Below, piece after piece: positions 43,990 to 57,620 of a stretch of DNA of 64,000 nt (position 1 is its first letter; every line of letters starts with the position of its first letter). The notes beneath the pieces were generated by a model. The model saw nothing but the letters and a program-made list of their open reading frames with translations, was not told the origin of the DNA and did no database searches. The DNA comes from Botryllus schlosseri (lineage: Eukaryota), in contig CM119371.1 in the NCBI GenBank assembly GCA_051294905.1, forward strand, positions 27,404,001 to 27,468,000. Reading direction: 5' to 3'. Position numbers and translations under genes: made by a program.

Positions 43990-46212
43990 CAGTGCTTTTT
44001 AACCTCTTTGATCTCCATTCGCACTTTTTTTGTAAAATAAATTTCATCCGCACAAACTAATCGAAAATTTTTATACAAAAAGAAGATGAAGATAGGCTCA
44101 CTTAACAACATTTTGTTCAGATGTGCAACAAATTGGATAGCTATGTAGCTTAAGCTATCAATGTATCATTAAAAAGGCAACTTTTCTCGCTCGTTTTGCT
44201 TCAAGTTATTTCATTGAAACCCTTCTTGGCAAAACAAGTTGTTGGGTATTGTACAAGAACGTTTACTAGTGCTTGGATGGCCAGGTCTTAAGATCTGTTC
44301 TGCACTCCTATCCAAAATACAGCGTATTTTTCGCGAGTGAAAATGCTTGCTGGCAGAAATCGTTTTTGAGAGCTGACACAATTAAAGGTCCCGCGAGGCT
44401 CCAGTTTGTCGAAAGGATTAAAAACCTACATGTTTGTGTTGAGGCTTTTGCCTTATGTCATTGGAGCATAAGGTGCAAAATGATCAAGGAGAGTAGGCCT
44501 AGGCATATTAGAGCTCGCTACCTGATGATACGTTGGTCCAACTACTGTCTCGTTAGTTTTTGAGAAGAGCAAATAACTCACAATACTGTGTCTGCCACAC
44601 CAATGGCTGCGGGTTCGAGTCCGATCGAGGTCGACTTCCGAATTCCGATACCTCAGTGTTAGAGGTTTACCTAGGCTCCTCCTCGCCACCTCATCCGCGT
44701 CAGCGGTGTCTTAGAAAAGCCTAGAGGTGGGCCGTGCTATAAGCCGGCAGTTACGGAAAATAAGCAGAATATGTGCCTGGTGTAAATGACCATAGTAGGA
44801 CTAGTCGACAAACACCATGAATACCCCAAAAACAAAAAAACTTGATGATACTGTGTGTTCTAGGCTACTCTTTAACCCAATCTAACTTGAGGATTCATTA
44901 CAGTTTAATAACGGTAAATCAGCTTTAAGACTACCACCAAAATCCGAGTTTTTGTGGCATCTCGCGACCCGAGCCTCACCCATGAAAAGGAATTTATTTT
45001 TAATATCACAGTTGTATGCTACGATGTTACGGGCATGTATGACATACAGAACGCGCGCATCACAATTCTAACCAACACAGCTTACAACACATGTCTGACG
45101 CACGCGATTTCAAATTAGGACGAATTAAATTCCTATGAGTTTTGCAGTTGTACTATTGTCTACTCAGATTGCAAGAACGCGACTATTCCGTGCCGAAAAC
45201 GGAGCATATCCAACCCATCTCGAAAGGTTAGGCCATCCAGTATCGGTCATTTTTAGACCGAGGTTTTGTCGCCGCATATGTTTTTGGAACCGCATTTTAT
45301 CAGCGGTTTGTTCGCCAAAACTTTACGGCTTCATGTGCCCCGACGCAGAGGGGTTGGCCTCGAAATGAATGAGTCTGATAGGCCTGAACTCGCTCGTTGC
45401 ACACCCCTACACAAGTCCATCCCAACGCTCTTCGACCATGTTTTCCAGAAGAAAAAAAAGTCGGACAAATCTGACCATGAATTCTCATGATAAAGCCACA
45501 TTTAATGTGCGTCTCGCTTATTGGCTACACCCAACACATTGACCTTGGATATATGAAAACGATCACAGGATTTTTTGCAATAAATTCAATAAATATTGGA
45601 TACATATTGTTAACAGATAGCTCTTGCACCGTGTCGACCGAAAATTATACTTTACCCCATCAAGGGGTGAAAATTTACGTCACAGTAAACTTGCAAAGGT
45701 GAGTCTGTAATGATGGTATTTACTACCATCCTCGTACCTCGCGCTAATCGAACAGTTATTACGAAAATATGATGATTGTTTAGCGAAAGAAAGCAGACAG
45801 TCAATCTGACATCATTTTTCCATCCTGTCACAGGCTCTGAAGGGCTGATATACTGTATGTCTGCCACTATAGAGATTGTAGAGATCTCTGTTTCCACTAC
45901 ACCAGCTTCCAAACCAGGCTTTTGGTTACGTAATAATTATAGTGTGAGAATATTAATTCACTACGGCTTGTAAGAGCTACGTCGTATAAAGTTTTTACAA
46001 TTGCGTCGCAACTACAAAAGTTACACTGATCCTAAATTTCCGTTTAGGTTTATTTGAATTATTCCAAGTCAGAAAATTTAACAATTAATCACGATTTTCA
46101 TTCGCACTTGATCCGGATTTTCATTCGCACTGTTCGCACTACCTTCGTCATTCGCACTGCAATTTTTTTCATTCGCGCTAGTGCGAACCGTCACACAGGT
46201 TGAAAAGCACTG
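43990..46212. mobile_element. Non-autonomous hAT element, 2223 bp
   Basis: CAGTGCTTTTTAACCT...AGGTTGAAAAGCACTG; perfect TSD TACTACAT; the site is empty in copies 1 and 3. Confidence 0.92.
44532..44840 (+). mobile_element. Candidate tRNA-derived SINE nested in the hAT element
   Basis: B-box GGTTCGAGTCC at 44612-44622; A-rich tail at 44828-44840; flanked by CCTGATGATAC / CTTGATGATAC (10/11). No clear A-box. Confidence 0.6.
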
Positions 46213-47285
46213 TACTACATTATTCTTGAGTACTCCATTCGCATACTTGAATTACCTATTCGAGTGGCTATGTCTATAGCCTGCTTCCTTTGTTTGTTCG
46301 GTAATATTATATACTTGTTACACTTCTGTTTAACTAGAGGACTTAACAATTTACTGGATATGTTTTCACCACTAATAGGGGTAAAATTGTCTAACACCGG
46401 GTGAAAGAGCCCCTGAATGACTGATCGAATATATATTCTCGAAGTTCGCGCCATATCTGTAGTGATATTAGTCATTTTTAACTGAAGTAGTCACCTGCGA
46501 TTAACCGCTAACGGTATGCGATCGGTTGCCCGCAGAATTAGCTTTGACGTCTGTTAGAAACCATTACTTCGACTTGTCCTCGATTGGAAATATACGGCGC
46601 ATCTTCAACTTCTACTCAAAAAACAACGCCTACCCTTTCACCATCTTGACAAATGCTGGCGGACTATATCGCACGCTCCAATAATTAATGGCATTTCCAC
46701 AACATCGCCCTATACATCTCGCTGTACGCGCACCGCGATCATGGAGAACGCGAACATTTTAGAATGATCTTAATTGCCAAGTGCAGTAGCTTTTAAAACG
46801 GTTCAGGTCCTCCCCATACCTTCTCTCTCCTCCGGTCGCCAATACGAACCAGATTCTATCCCTGTTGGCGACAAACTTGTGGTCGTCCGCAATGGTATCA
46901 TTTCATCCTCTGCCAAAATACATACTTATATCAATATTGTTATACAAGAATATACCCGGACGACGTCGAATGTAGCCATACCGACGTTTTGTTTACTCCA
47001 AATGTTGGTGCGTGAAATCGAGCACTATGAAGTGACACGTAATAACTCAAGAAATGCATTGCAATATCAAGTATCTTCCTTCTATGCGACCGCAATGAAA
47101 AGATCAGTTACACTTTATCAAAGAATATTTTTCAATTCTTTATCACTTTATACTAGGACATTGCGGGTTTCTATGACAGCGGTGTGGTTCGATAAGTACT
47201 TCTCATAAATATGACTTTCGTGAATATACAACATACTGCATATCTAAGCGCGACATATGATTTGGGTACTGCGATGCTGATATGA

Positions 47286-47714
47286 TAGGGTCGCCATATT
47301 TTGGAATCGGGGGTCGCCATATTTTGGAATCGGGTAAGGAGGAAAGTTTTACAAAATCACAAAAGTTGGGTTGATCAAATCTCAAAACAACGGCTTTTGC
47401 GGAGTTGAGTAAAAAAGGTCATTCATTTCGCTCGGCTCCATTTTACGTTCTTTTTACTTAAATGTGTAGATGTTCACTAAAAAAAAGTCGTCACTTCCGT
47501 TGAAACCACGAATTTCCCGTTCGAACTGCAATATTAGCTATTTCTTGTCATTTATGTCGATTTTCAGTCGAACCTGTTCAGTATCCTAGTTGTAGAATCT
47601 GTGAAGGAGGACGACTCGCCAAAAAGCAGGAGATTTTCGGCGTCCTCGCAGGACATTTTGAAATACATAAATAGGAGGACAAATTATCCTAAAGGAGGAC
47701 GCAAGGTAACCCTA
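47286..47714. mobile_element. Same TAGGG hAT-like MITE in copy 2
   Basis: TSD TGATATGA on both sides; internal duplication of gggtcgccatattttggaatc. Confidence 0.85.
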
Positions 47715-47779
47715 TGATATGAAAGGGTGCGAAGCTTCATTTATTTCGAAAATTATGCATCGAAACGTTCATTCTAAGA

Positions 47780-50126
47780 CCGCGGTCTCAAACTCAAATG
47801 TGCTCGCGGGTTTTTCCCAGTTTTTGGTTTCGCCGCGGGCCGCAGCATCAATAATAGGGATATGCAATGTATAATTTCCAACTAGGCCTTATTTCACGGG
47901 ACCTTGCCGACAGGCATTACACAAACATCGTGCAAATGTAATTTGCTATTGTACTATGCACGCTTGACACGAAAGAAAAAAAGGCATTTTCAAATATTTG
48001 AATAAAATTGTTTTTGTGCCGGGCATAATTTTTTACTTTATGAGTTATAGACATCATGCGAGAGGATGCATCATGACATCGTAAAACTGTCGGGTTATAA
48101 TATTGCAGCTAGTGGACGTTTGACATGCCAAAATTTTATATAGAATATTTTAACATCTACTGAAGATTGAACTGATATTAGAGCATCTCAGCGGTGTAGC
48201 CTAATCCTGGTTTTGATAGTCGTGATAAGTATGGGCTAATGTAATTTTAATTGCCGAAGGCAAATTAAATCAGCGTTAGATTTTGCCTTCGAATATTATT
48301 GGAACAACCTAAATATAATCATTATCGAGCCATGGTAATGGCATTGCTTTTTAGCGATCGTACCCCTCGTGCTTCCAATAAGATTTTTCGTAGCCCCTGC
48401 CCCTTTTCATCACAATTTCTGATGGCACCTATATTAAAAATCAGAAAGCCCATTCACAAAAATCGCGCGTAGCGCGAATACTATAATCCAGTTGAATAAA
48501 TTGGCAAAGAAAATATTCCACAGCATATAGGCCTAATTCCATCCATATGCATCTCGTAAACCCTGATGTGGTGCTTCGTACCCCTATTAGGTCTACGGAC
48601 CCTGGTTAAGAACCCCTGGAATATAGAAATGTATAATCGGCGAAGAATTCATTGGTTTTGTAGCTGTAGAGCAGGGGTCACCAACACGTGGCCCGATTTG
48701 GAGAAATTTTGGAAGACCGCTCAGTAAACCATTTCGAAATGCCGAAATTGATTTCAGTTTAAACATATTGTTGTTGTTCAAAGCAAGCCATTTTACTGTG
48801 CCCAATATCACTTTTCCTTCGGCTCGGCATGGTAATATCATTCTATGGAGGAATAACAATTATGCAGCCGTCGACACTCGATTCAATTAGGATGTGTTGG
48901 CGGCTGTTAATATTATGCAAATTGAATTTACGAATTGACTCGCTAAGGTTTGAATTATTCTTGAACTTTCCTTCGCGCTATGCGCGCTGCAATGTGAGCT
49001 GCCTTTGGATTTTAATACAGTAGTGTCCTTTGTAATCTGAGTCCCATAGTACAGATGCGAACAGCAGAGAAAAATGACGCGCTCCACAGAGAAATACCAA
49101 TTTTTAATCGTGTTCTCCTCATCCCGGATTGATTTTTTCTGGTAAGCCTGCGTTTGGGCGAATCCAATATATTTCCACTATAACGACAATTCTAATGGGA
49201 GGTCAAGAAATAACTGCATGCAACATATAGGGGACTAATGAGAATTGGCCCACCCAAAGATGCAACACAGCATTATTAACTTCTCCAGGTTTTTGAAGAT
49301 ACCCCCTGAACAAACTATTCCGGGGAATCTGATCGCATGGGCCGAGAAAGGATGAATATTTGATAGTAAGAAGTGAACCTATATTGATATCAAATGACTA
49401 AATTCACTCATGAACATGATAAAATTTTCGCGCTGCGCGCGACTACAGTGCGCATCCCTGTCGCTCTTCACAACATGAGTAAATACATTTGTCCGTAATG
49501 TACCAACAATGGACATGGTGAGTTTAACGTAGATATTTGGCCCCAGTTTGTTTACTACCACCATGCACCAGAATGCGGCCGCGATCTACATGAGTAATCG
49601 AAATGCGGTCGTGATAGCAAAAAGTTTGGCCACTCTTGTTTTAGATGCTACAGGGTGTTGTCAGGTATCGTGCGCAGCTCATAGTTCAAAATATAATGAA
49701 ATTGATGAAAATTATATTTGTTGTTGTATTTGTGTTTGTTCAATAAAATATTATGCATTTTGTGGTTACTATGTCCATCGCCCATGTAAAAGAGAACAGC
49801 ATTGTACTTACGTAGAGTTATCATACGTGGTTGTTAAGCTGCGTTGGAAATGTTAATCTCGATATTGAAGTCATGCGGCCCGCGGCCTCTAATAATTTTG
49901 AAAAATGGCCCGCGACCCATTTTGAGTTGGCGACCCCTGCTGTAGAGCGTACTACTACCTTACTCGCCACCGATAATAACACGGATAAAGAAACAAACAA
50001 CAAGTTTCTTGAGATTTCACTTGGTTATATCGTTAAATACTTGAAATTCCAAAATGCCGTCGCGGGCCACACAAAATACTCTCGGGGGCCACATGCGGCC
50101 CGCGAGCCGCGTGTTTGAGACCTTTG
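47780..50126. mobile_element. hAT element Y (copy 2), with nested element Z
   Basis: CCGCGGTCTCAAAC...GTTTGAGACCTTTG; flanks TTCTAAGA / TTTTAAGT; empty site TTATAAGT at 6044-6051. Confidence 0.8.
48672..49939. mobile_element. hAT element Z nested in Y
   Basis: CAGGGGTCACCAAC...GTTGGCGACCCCTG; perfect TSD CTGTAGAG; a single CTGTAGAG at the empty site near 60198. Confidence 0.93.
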
Positions 50127-50234
50127 TTTTAAGTGATACATGTGTCTTTTTCGTGCCATGTACAAGTACATAATAATGGTAGTCGAACTCGGCTCGACCT
50201 ATTCGGCTTGAATCAGTACAAATAACAATATTAT

Positions 50235-51951
50235 CACTGGTCAACACCTATTTTTAGGCCGACAGAGTAAGAGTGGTTTTGGGGGTTCTGAAGGGCACTG
50301 ATTCCGAAGATGACCTTAGTCTTTCATATTGGCTCGATTTTTGGAGATAACTTGGATAAAAATTTGGTTCAGTCGTACTATAAAGTTCACAAATTCAATC
50401 TACTTTTTGTTTTGACACGCTTAAGACGGTTTTAAATTAAAATACAACAACATAATTATATTTTGGGGTATAAGATTTATCATAATTAGAGACTTTCACG
50501 GATATCATGTGCATAAATAAACTTCAATCGTGTAAATAAGTATTTACCTAAAATACTCAAAATAACGTTGCATTAATAGAATCAGTTTCATGTCAACCAT
50601 CTATTTTAAATTTAAAATAATCAGTTGGAATATAGTATTGATGACCTATCTTGAAACAAAATTGGTTCTTGTACTCTTTTCGGTTTTGAGCAATTCAGGG
50701 GATTTTTTCGAAAGGTTCCAGCAATAGTCTGCTATAATATGTTCGTCGCATCTCCACTGATATCTTTCTCAAGTTGTTTTGATGTATTGGTGGAACCTTT
50801 CCCCTTTCCATTCCCTCTAATCAACAATATTATCAGAAAATGTATCAAGAGATGAGACGCATATGAGTATTTTAATTAAGCTTTCCAGGGACAAACTTGA
50901 TAGCTTTATACTCCTCTTTCATCTTGGTAGGATGACGAATTGGTACAGGAGAAAATATGCTTGCATTGTGCAAAAGTAAATTTTTTAGGCTTAACAGACT
51001 GCGTTTTAACAAACAAAGTTCTCGCATCAGGTCATGTTAATATTGATTGAATAACTGAGAACGACATGAGTGTTCATTTATGCGCAGTATAAGAGTAGAA
51101 GAATCTAAAAAATACTTTTCACCAAGTGAAATAGTCAAGGGTAAATACAGTGATTTTACCCTTTTTAGGGGTATAAATCTTTTTTTTTCTATAGCCAATC
51201 TGGTAAAACCAATGTGATATTCGTGATCAGCAACGTTGAAAACCGAAAAAACGTAAAAGTTGTCGATCAAGTTTCAAAGCGTCAAAGTAGCGACGATTAT
51301 AAAAGCGAGTAAATATAAGCCCAGTTCACGAGTGAATATGTCGAAGGTACCAAGTGCGTCCCCCATCATATGACGCCATGAGATATTACTCACATCAAAT
51401 ATTTACCTCACAGGCACATTGTAATTGTAACACAAATTTGTGACATTTTACCGCATACTTTTATAGTTTTGACTCGAGTCAAGACGAGTCATTTCCAATT
51501 CACCATCTAGTCAAATCCGAATCCAAATGAGCTAGTAGAGGGCCGAGTCGGAGTCATATTGTTTTGAATCGAATACGAGTCCAAGTCATTATGTTCATAG
51601 ATCAGATTTCAGTTCAATCCGGTTCAACCCACTTGTTTCAATCAGCTCTAGTGAAATATAATGGCTCGAATTCATAATGTAGTATTTTACTCGGTTGTAA
51701 CAGTTTCGGTCCCTATTGTCCAAGTATCAGGACTGATAGACGATGTACCAATAATGTTGTTTACTATTCATCAAAGGTACATTGAGATGTATGTCTTGGC
51801 CGTCCTAGTTTCGGGTCATATAAATTGGTTTGAGGTCTGCACAATGACTCGAGTTCAAGTGGAGTCAATAAAAAAATTGACTCGAGTCGAGTGAAATCAT
51901 TCAACACATTTTAAAAAATGACTCGAGTCATTACAACCCTGCATACCAGTG
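50235..51951 (-). mobile_element. Chapaev3-like remnant, copy 2
   Basis: Same termini; KGERFHQYIKTT*ERYQWRCDEHIIADYCWNL near 50700-50810; has its own internal deletion. Confidence 0.7.
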
Positions 51952-52379
51952 TTCAGCGCGACTACCGAGTGTTAGTGCAACTGACCGAGATTCTCCTCAG
52001 CAATGATCCGCCTCTGCCTTGGTAGGTCATCAGAGACTGAATCCTCGGATGGATGACGCGACAGTCGAAGAGTGCTACTTTCACCAACTGAATCAGATCA
52101 TACGTTGACGTAAAATGTTTGACAATAGCAATATATACTAGCTTTCAACTAATACTAGATTTTCAGAATATTTAGGCATGGTGAAGTTCAGTATTGTAAA
52201 GCTGCGAAACATTTTTATAGGGATGGTGTGAACGTGAGGTTCGTGTTCGTTTTCTGTGTGTGAGCCTGTGAAACTGAAGAGGTTCACAAAAGAACATTGA
52301 TAGGTTCTACACTGTGAAACTTAACTTTTTTATGTATTACAATTTTACACGTCATTACCCCTTCTTGAAATTGAAATTC

Positions 52380-53200
52380 TTTACATTTTAACTTCGCATT
52401 TCAACTGCGCCTTGCGCTGGCAGTATCAAAAGAAATTCAGCACCAAACGAGCATGTACCCTGCCAATTTCAAAACTTATTTGCTCGAAATATTCAGCTTT
52501 TCATTTGCGAGTCTTCAGTGACTTTTTGTGAGCTTTGCCCATAATCACATGATAACAAGAAAGAAGCACTACATGTAGTTAAGTCAGCGAATTGTGCTTG
52601 GTCAACCAATCATTGATTTAAATCAATTAACTCGGCGCCGCACCTTCAAAGGATAAAAGAAGACATACCCGTAGTGATATTATTGTGGTAGATTCTTTTG
52701 CAATCAACTGCCTCTACGTTAGAAGGAGATTATTCTGTATTGGATACGCTGGATTCAATAGTAAGGTCGCGATGTCTGAAGTAACATATTCGATTTTGAG
52801 TAATATCTTCTTAATGTTTATCCTGTGCAATCATATTTCTCGAACCCTATTGTAATTTCAAAGTGTAGATTCAATATTATCATATATTTCGATGGATCGA
52901 TTTTCTACCTAACACAAAATTTTCCTAGATGTTTCATCTCTTTCATTATGACCAGTCTAAATACACCGTGCACTGTAAATTCATTTGGTTGTTTTCGGCA
53001 TGACCTATATTTCGTGGCGTGTGAATTCAATCCTTTTTATCTTTCCGCACTTGGCGGTACGCAATACGCAATGACAGTTCAGTTTTTAATTGTCTCGCAG
53101 TAGATAAAGGTTCAGTGCAACCATTTATACCGAGTGGCACTGGGGTACATGTTGAATATGGAATCAAAAAGTGCTGCAAAACAGTATTCTCATATCATAC
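52380..53200 (-). mobile_element. Decayed LINE ORF2 remnant (also about 62400-63240 and partly 10420-10795)
   Basis: Minus frame in copy 3 reads ...L*EAITQNRICYFKPRDLSI*IQRIQYRIISFYCRGS*LLK..., resembling WKxAxVxPIxKxGD...NYRPISLL. Confidence 0.45.
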
Positions 53201-54148
53201 TTCACGAAGAAAAAAAAAACGGAAAATCCACCAGGTTTTTCGTTAACACTGAACGATTAAAATATTGATATAGTTAGGTCTCTATGGTATCACCGTTAAA
53301 ATCGTAACTTTATGCAGTATTCAATTACTGAAAAGCGCCACAACTAAATAAATACTTAGGACTATATCCTACCCGCCATTTCGGACGGTCGCCTGGTGCG
53401 TGTAATTCCCAGCATTGCATCTCGACGCTTCAGCCAGTCATCTGGTAAAGAAAACGCACAACGTGTGAGATTTCATGCATAGCCAGGCGCTCACTAGTTC
53501 GATATATATACAATTATACATGCGCATGAGATGAAGTGAGATGTATATGTAAATATTCCCGTCTTGAAATATATCCATGCGGATTACCAATATTGAGAAG
53601 CGTTTGTACACAGGTAGAGGCAGGACAACGCCACCAAGTTCTATCCCATTATGACCAGAGGTAGTGGTTCCAAATGCTTTAACGCTACTTCAAGTAGCAG
53701 TTCAAAAGTAGAAGTACAAGTACACAATTCAGTGGTTTCAAAGAGCAGATATCTGCAGTTAATCGGAAGTGGTTGGTTTCGCGATTGCGGTGTGCTTATT
53801 CAAGAACAAAGGAAATAAATACCACAAATATCTGAATTGTCTTAAAACACTTTCAGTTAATTACCGTGATATGGTGTAATTGGTGTATGACAATTTTACT
53901 TGTAAAGGTAATCCAAAATCCTGCTTTCTACTGAACAAAACGCAACTTCAAAAGGTTAGGTAGAAATGGAAGGAGTTTGAACTAGTAACCATTCATGCGT
54001 TCTCTCTCATAATATTTTTTCTCCTTTATTATTTTTTCTCCTTTATTGTAAGGCCATAACTACCGAGCAGTGAGAACTGTGGCACATACGCTGGAAACAA
54101 CTGGTCTCGAATCCCCCCCGTGAGAAATAACAATTGCTGATTACTGAC

Positions 54149-54307
54149 CGGAGTTTTCTTCTGACGAACTACTGTCCACTACAACGAATGACGTCGGTCG
54201 TCCAGGTCGCATGGATTGACTCTTCAGCGGTGCCGAGCAACCCCCACGTTTCGCGGTTGACCACTGAGACGCCGTTGATTCTCGTGTCAGTGTTCTTCTA
54301 CAGCGGC
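54149..54307 (-). CDS. Open phase 1-1 exon of the upstream chain (GRCRRTLTRESTASQWSTAKRGG...DSSSSEENS)
   Basis: atttattcag acceptor, G|GTCAGT donor, 159 nt with no stop; GC-rich island in AT-rich surroundings. Confidence 0.7.
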
Positions 54308-55922
54308 CTGAATAAATTGACGTCGTCCTAACTAATATCAGCTAAAAGAAACATACTACAATAATGATACATTGCACTATACACTTGGTGAGCACACCAT
54401 CAAAACTGGACACCACTAACCCACTTTAAACTTTGTATGGTTACTTCAATGCGGAAGCCAATATCAATGATAATTCTATGATTGCACTCCGTGAATTTGT
54501 CTACAATGGCATGCTGGCTGTATCTTTCCTCGCGTGGAAAAAACTTTTAACGTGCGCAAGTTACGGGGTCTCTGACAGAGGTTTCAGTTTATGGGGGTGT
54601 AAAATGAATTTTGATCGACGCATATATTTTTCCTTGTAACCTTCAACGCGGCCAAAAAAGTAAACATTTTTTAAATGGAAGTGTACAGCTTGTATCAGAA
54701 TATATTAAGGCACATATGCCATACCCTCCCTGAGTGACCTTTTTTTCGATTCATTCATAAAATTTATAGGATGGCGACCGATGATACAATAGCCAAATCA
54801 AGCAAAATTGCTGCACCAACTAATCATGCAACAACTGAAACATGCCTACAGGCATAGACTATTCATGCAAAAATTGCCTGTGATGTTTTGTCGCAATAAC
54901 GAGCTATTTGGAAGTGAAGATACCGATATACGGGCAATATGTACCTCAAATTTGTAAGTTCGAGCCTAAATTGAAACGTGATTTTATGGCAAAAATTTGA
55001 GTTATTATTTATTCTATTATTTTTGACGGTTGCAACCAAACATTCTTCTTTATCTTACTGTAGCTTAGGTTATATCAAACAACAAGAAAAATTTGAACAC
55101 AGTTTTTTTGAGGGTATGTCTCATTGGACCCGGGCCGTGTGCCTTTGGGACCCACCGGGTGGGGATAGATAATATGTTCGAGAAACAAATTTTTAACGTC
55201 CATAAATATTGTTTAAAAGTGCCGATATCCAAGCATATTTCCGCCATAGGTAAAGCTTGCATGACAGTGTTGAGCCAGCAAAAGACCTGCTGTTATCGGC
55301 GGAAGATTTTATGGCCAGAGATCATATTCCAATTTTTGATCCATAGTTACGTCATCTCCCCTATTTCTCACCGAAATATGACAGTATTGAGTACGTGTTT
55401 CTATATTTCCCAGTGAACGCGAGGTGATATGAAAGGGAATATTATTTTGATTCGACTGATACCAATCTTATGAATGCGCTGTCACAAAAGAGTGACTTCA
55501 TCGCCGAAAGTCACCACTTTGTCTACTTACACCTCAAGCGGTTACGCTCCACACTTTTGATGCTGTGAAAAAAAAACTGTCGTTGAGAAATACGTTTGAA
55601 TCCCTTTTATGGGTGTAATCTTTAATTATTCTGTGAGTACAAATGCGCTTATCTGCAGTATCGTTAGTGATTTGTGTTTGACGTGAAAATGAGTGTTACA
55701 ACTCTGTATGTAGCTTCTCACGACGTGCTGTAAATCTACCTTCTTGAACTAATAGACCGAGTAATTTTCTTGCCTTCTTGTAGTGTTGACATAACTTGAA
55801 AATCTGTGGTTTTATACTTACATGGAATAGACTTATTCCAACTATTAAACCAACATAGTGATGATTGTCCACATTATTCGCCTCGTTCACGCCGCATTTA
55901 CTGAATCAAACTATGCACTTAC

Positions 55923-56090
55923 CGGTTATACGATTCCTGGATTCGTCGTCTGTCGTTTGCACACGCGACGGCACTTCACGATGCAGACCCGCGGGAACGA
56001 ACTTCAGAGGCGGCTGAACTGCAACCTTCTTCCGGCCTGGATTGAGATTGTTTCCAGTGTTCGCACGACAATGCACGGATTCAAATTATA
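55923..56090 (-). pseudogene. Phase 1-1 exon whose first full codon is TAA (...GRKKVAVQPPLKFVPAGLHREVPSRVQTTDDESRNRIT)
   Basis: Consensus G|GTAAGT donor; a catag acceptor gives 168 nt. GC-rich. The acceptor choice is uncertain. Confidence 0.55.
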
Positions 56091-56654
56091 CTATGACATG
56101 GGGGTAACTTAGCAAATCAAAACAATGTTTTTTCGGCCTTTTGCGGGCTGGTAGATCACATAAGTAAATTTCGCGGACCGGTGACATCAGAACTAACCCA
56201 GTATGTAATTACGGCAAGAGTATGCAAATGAGAACTAAGTATTGAGTTTTCAGTTAGCGATATACTTGACCAATATTGATATGACACATTTTATGCATAA
56301 GTCAATTGCGATTTCTACAAGTAGAAGCCTAGATCACACCAATAACTTGATTGTTGCGGATTTCTCGTTAAAGGAATCGACTTCTGGTGTTTGTTTGATT
56401 CTGTCATACTGCCGAATTTCGCGAAATTGCAGTTTGACTTCGTTAAATTTTGTTCAGATAGTCTTCGTAGTATTCACACGAGCTTTCAGCATCACGACGC
56501 ACCGCATAAGTAGAATTCCGGTTGAAACGCGCTGATTGAAGAGCACATAGCGTGTACGTATATATGTGCTTTTCAATCGGCTGTATCGTACAATCTAGGG
56601 TGTACCGGAATTTTCAATGGTGTATCACTTGTGTGGGTGATGTATATCAGTTAC

Positions 56655-57620
56655 CGCTACTAGCACACAATGAAATAAGCAACTTTTAAGACGGAGGCGA
56701 TATAGTAGGACCTGGCGATAGTGTCGACTTTTTTCAGTCATCACCATCACCAGCTTGCGAGACCGAAATAGTAGAACCGGAAGAGAGTGTTGAGTTCTAT
56801 TAACCATTGGCTTCCGGCCTCGGCTACCAGTGAACAAAACGCGTACACTGGATGTATAGCGTTGTTGGAAAAGTTTGACGGGTGTACCATTCGGAAGACG
56901 CGTTGAAGAGCACTGTCGGTAACTGCGTTCATTAATTCCAAGCAACTTCGAAATTTCCCGTATAAATTCTGTTGCTCAAGGTACGGGTCTCCAGTCTCGT
57001 TACATTATTAGATCTAGAATAAACTTGAAATATCTTTAGCAGACTAACAGGGATGCTGACGCGATAAGGCAGCTGGGTCTTCTCTAATATTTGATCTGGA
57101 CGATGTTTGATGTCTTTCAAAGAGATATCTAGTATGCGGTGATCTTTGGTGTGGGCCACCAAGATGTGTGATTGCGTAGGAATGGTGAACGTTTCACAGA
57201 AATGAGCTCTGTATTAGATTAGTCTACACTAGCCCTGGGCGCAATGTGGTGCACGATTTATTACCCATCACAATTTCGAGATGCCCTGTTTCTATTCAAA
57301 ATACCAAGGCATCTTTCGTGCTATTCTCAGCTGGTACAGTCGAAGAGTTACCGTTATCTCACCTTCCGTCGACGACCCGCCTTTAGTATAGTCCCAAACC
57401 GGTGTCTCGTAATCCCTTCTCGAAAGAATCCGGTGCATTGGTGGACAATCTTCGCAAGCTTAACATATGGTAAAGCTATAGTCAGCGTTGATAATAATGA
57501 GTAGAAGAAGAAGCAATGCCGCAAAGTCCTACACACATGCATTAAAAGTAGCGATTTTAAACGTGAAAAGTACTTCAAATGGAAGTCGTATAAATGAAGA
57601 CCCGACACTCAATTAAATGA
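56655..57620 (-). pseudogene. Heavily degraded coding-like tract, possibly a large upstream exon
   Basis: Protein-like minus-strand translation over several frames (e.g. DPYLEQQNLYGKFRSCLELMNAVTDSALQRVF) with many stops. Ends at a phase-1 G|GTAACT donor at 56655. Upper boundary approximate. Confidence 0.4.

Larger units (their letters stand above)
41100..54700 (+). repeat. Segmental duplication, copy 2 (most complete; contains host exons)
   Basis: As for copy 1; interrupted by extra insertions at 42010, 43990, 47780 and 48672. Confidence 0.9.
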
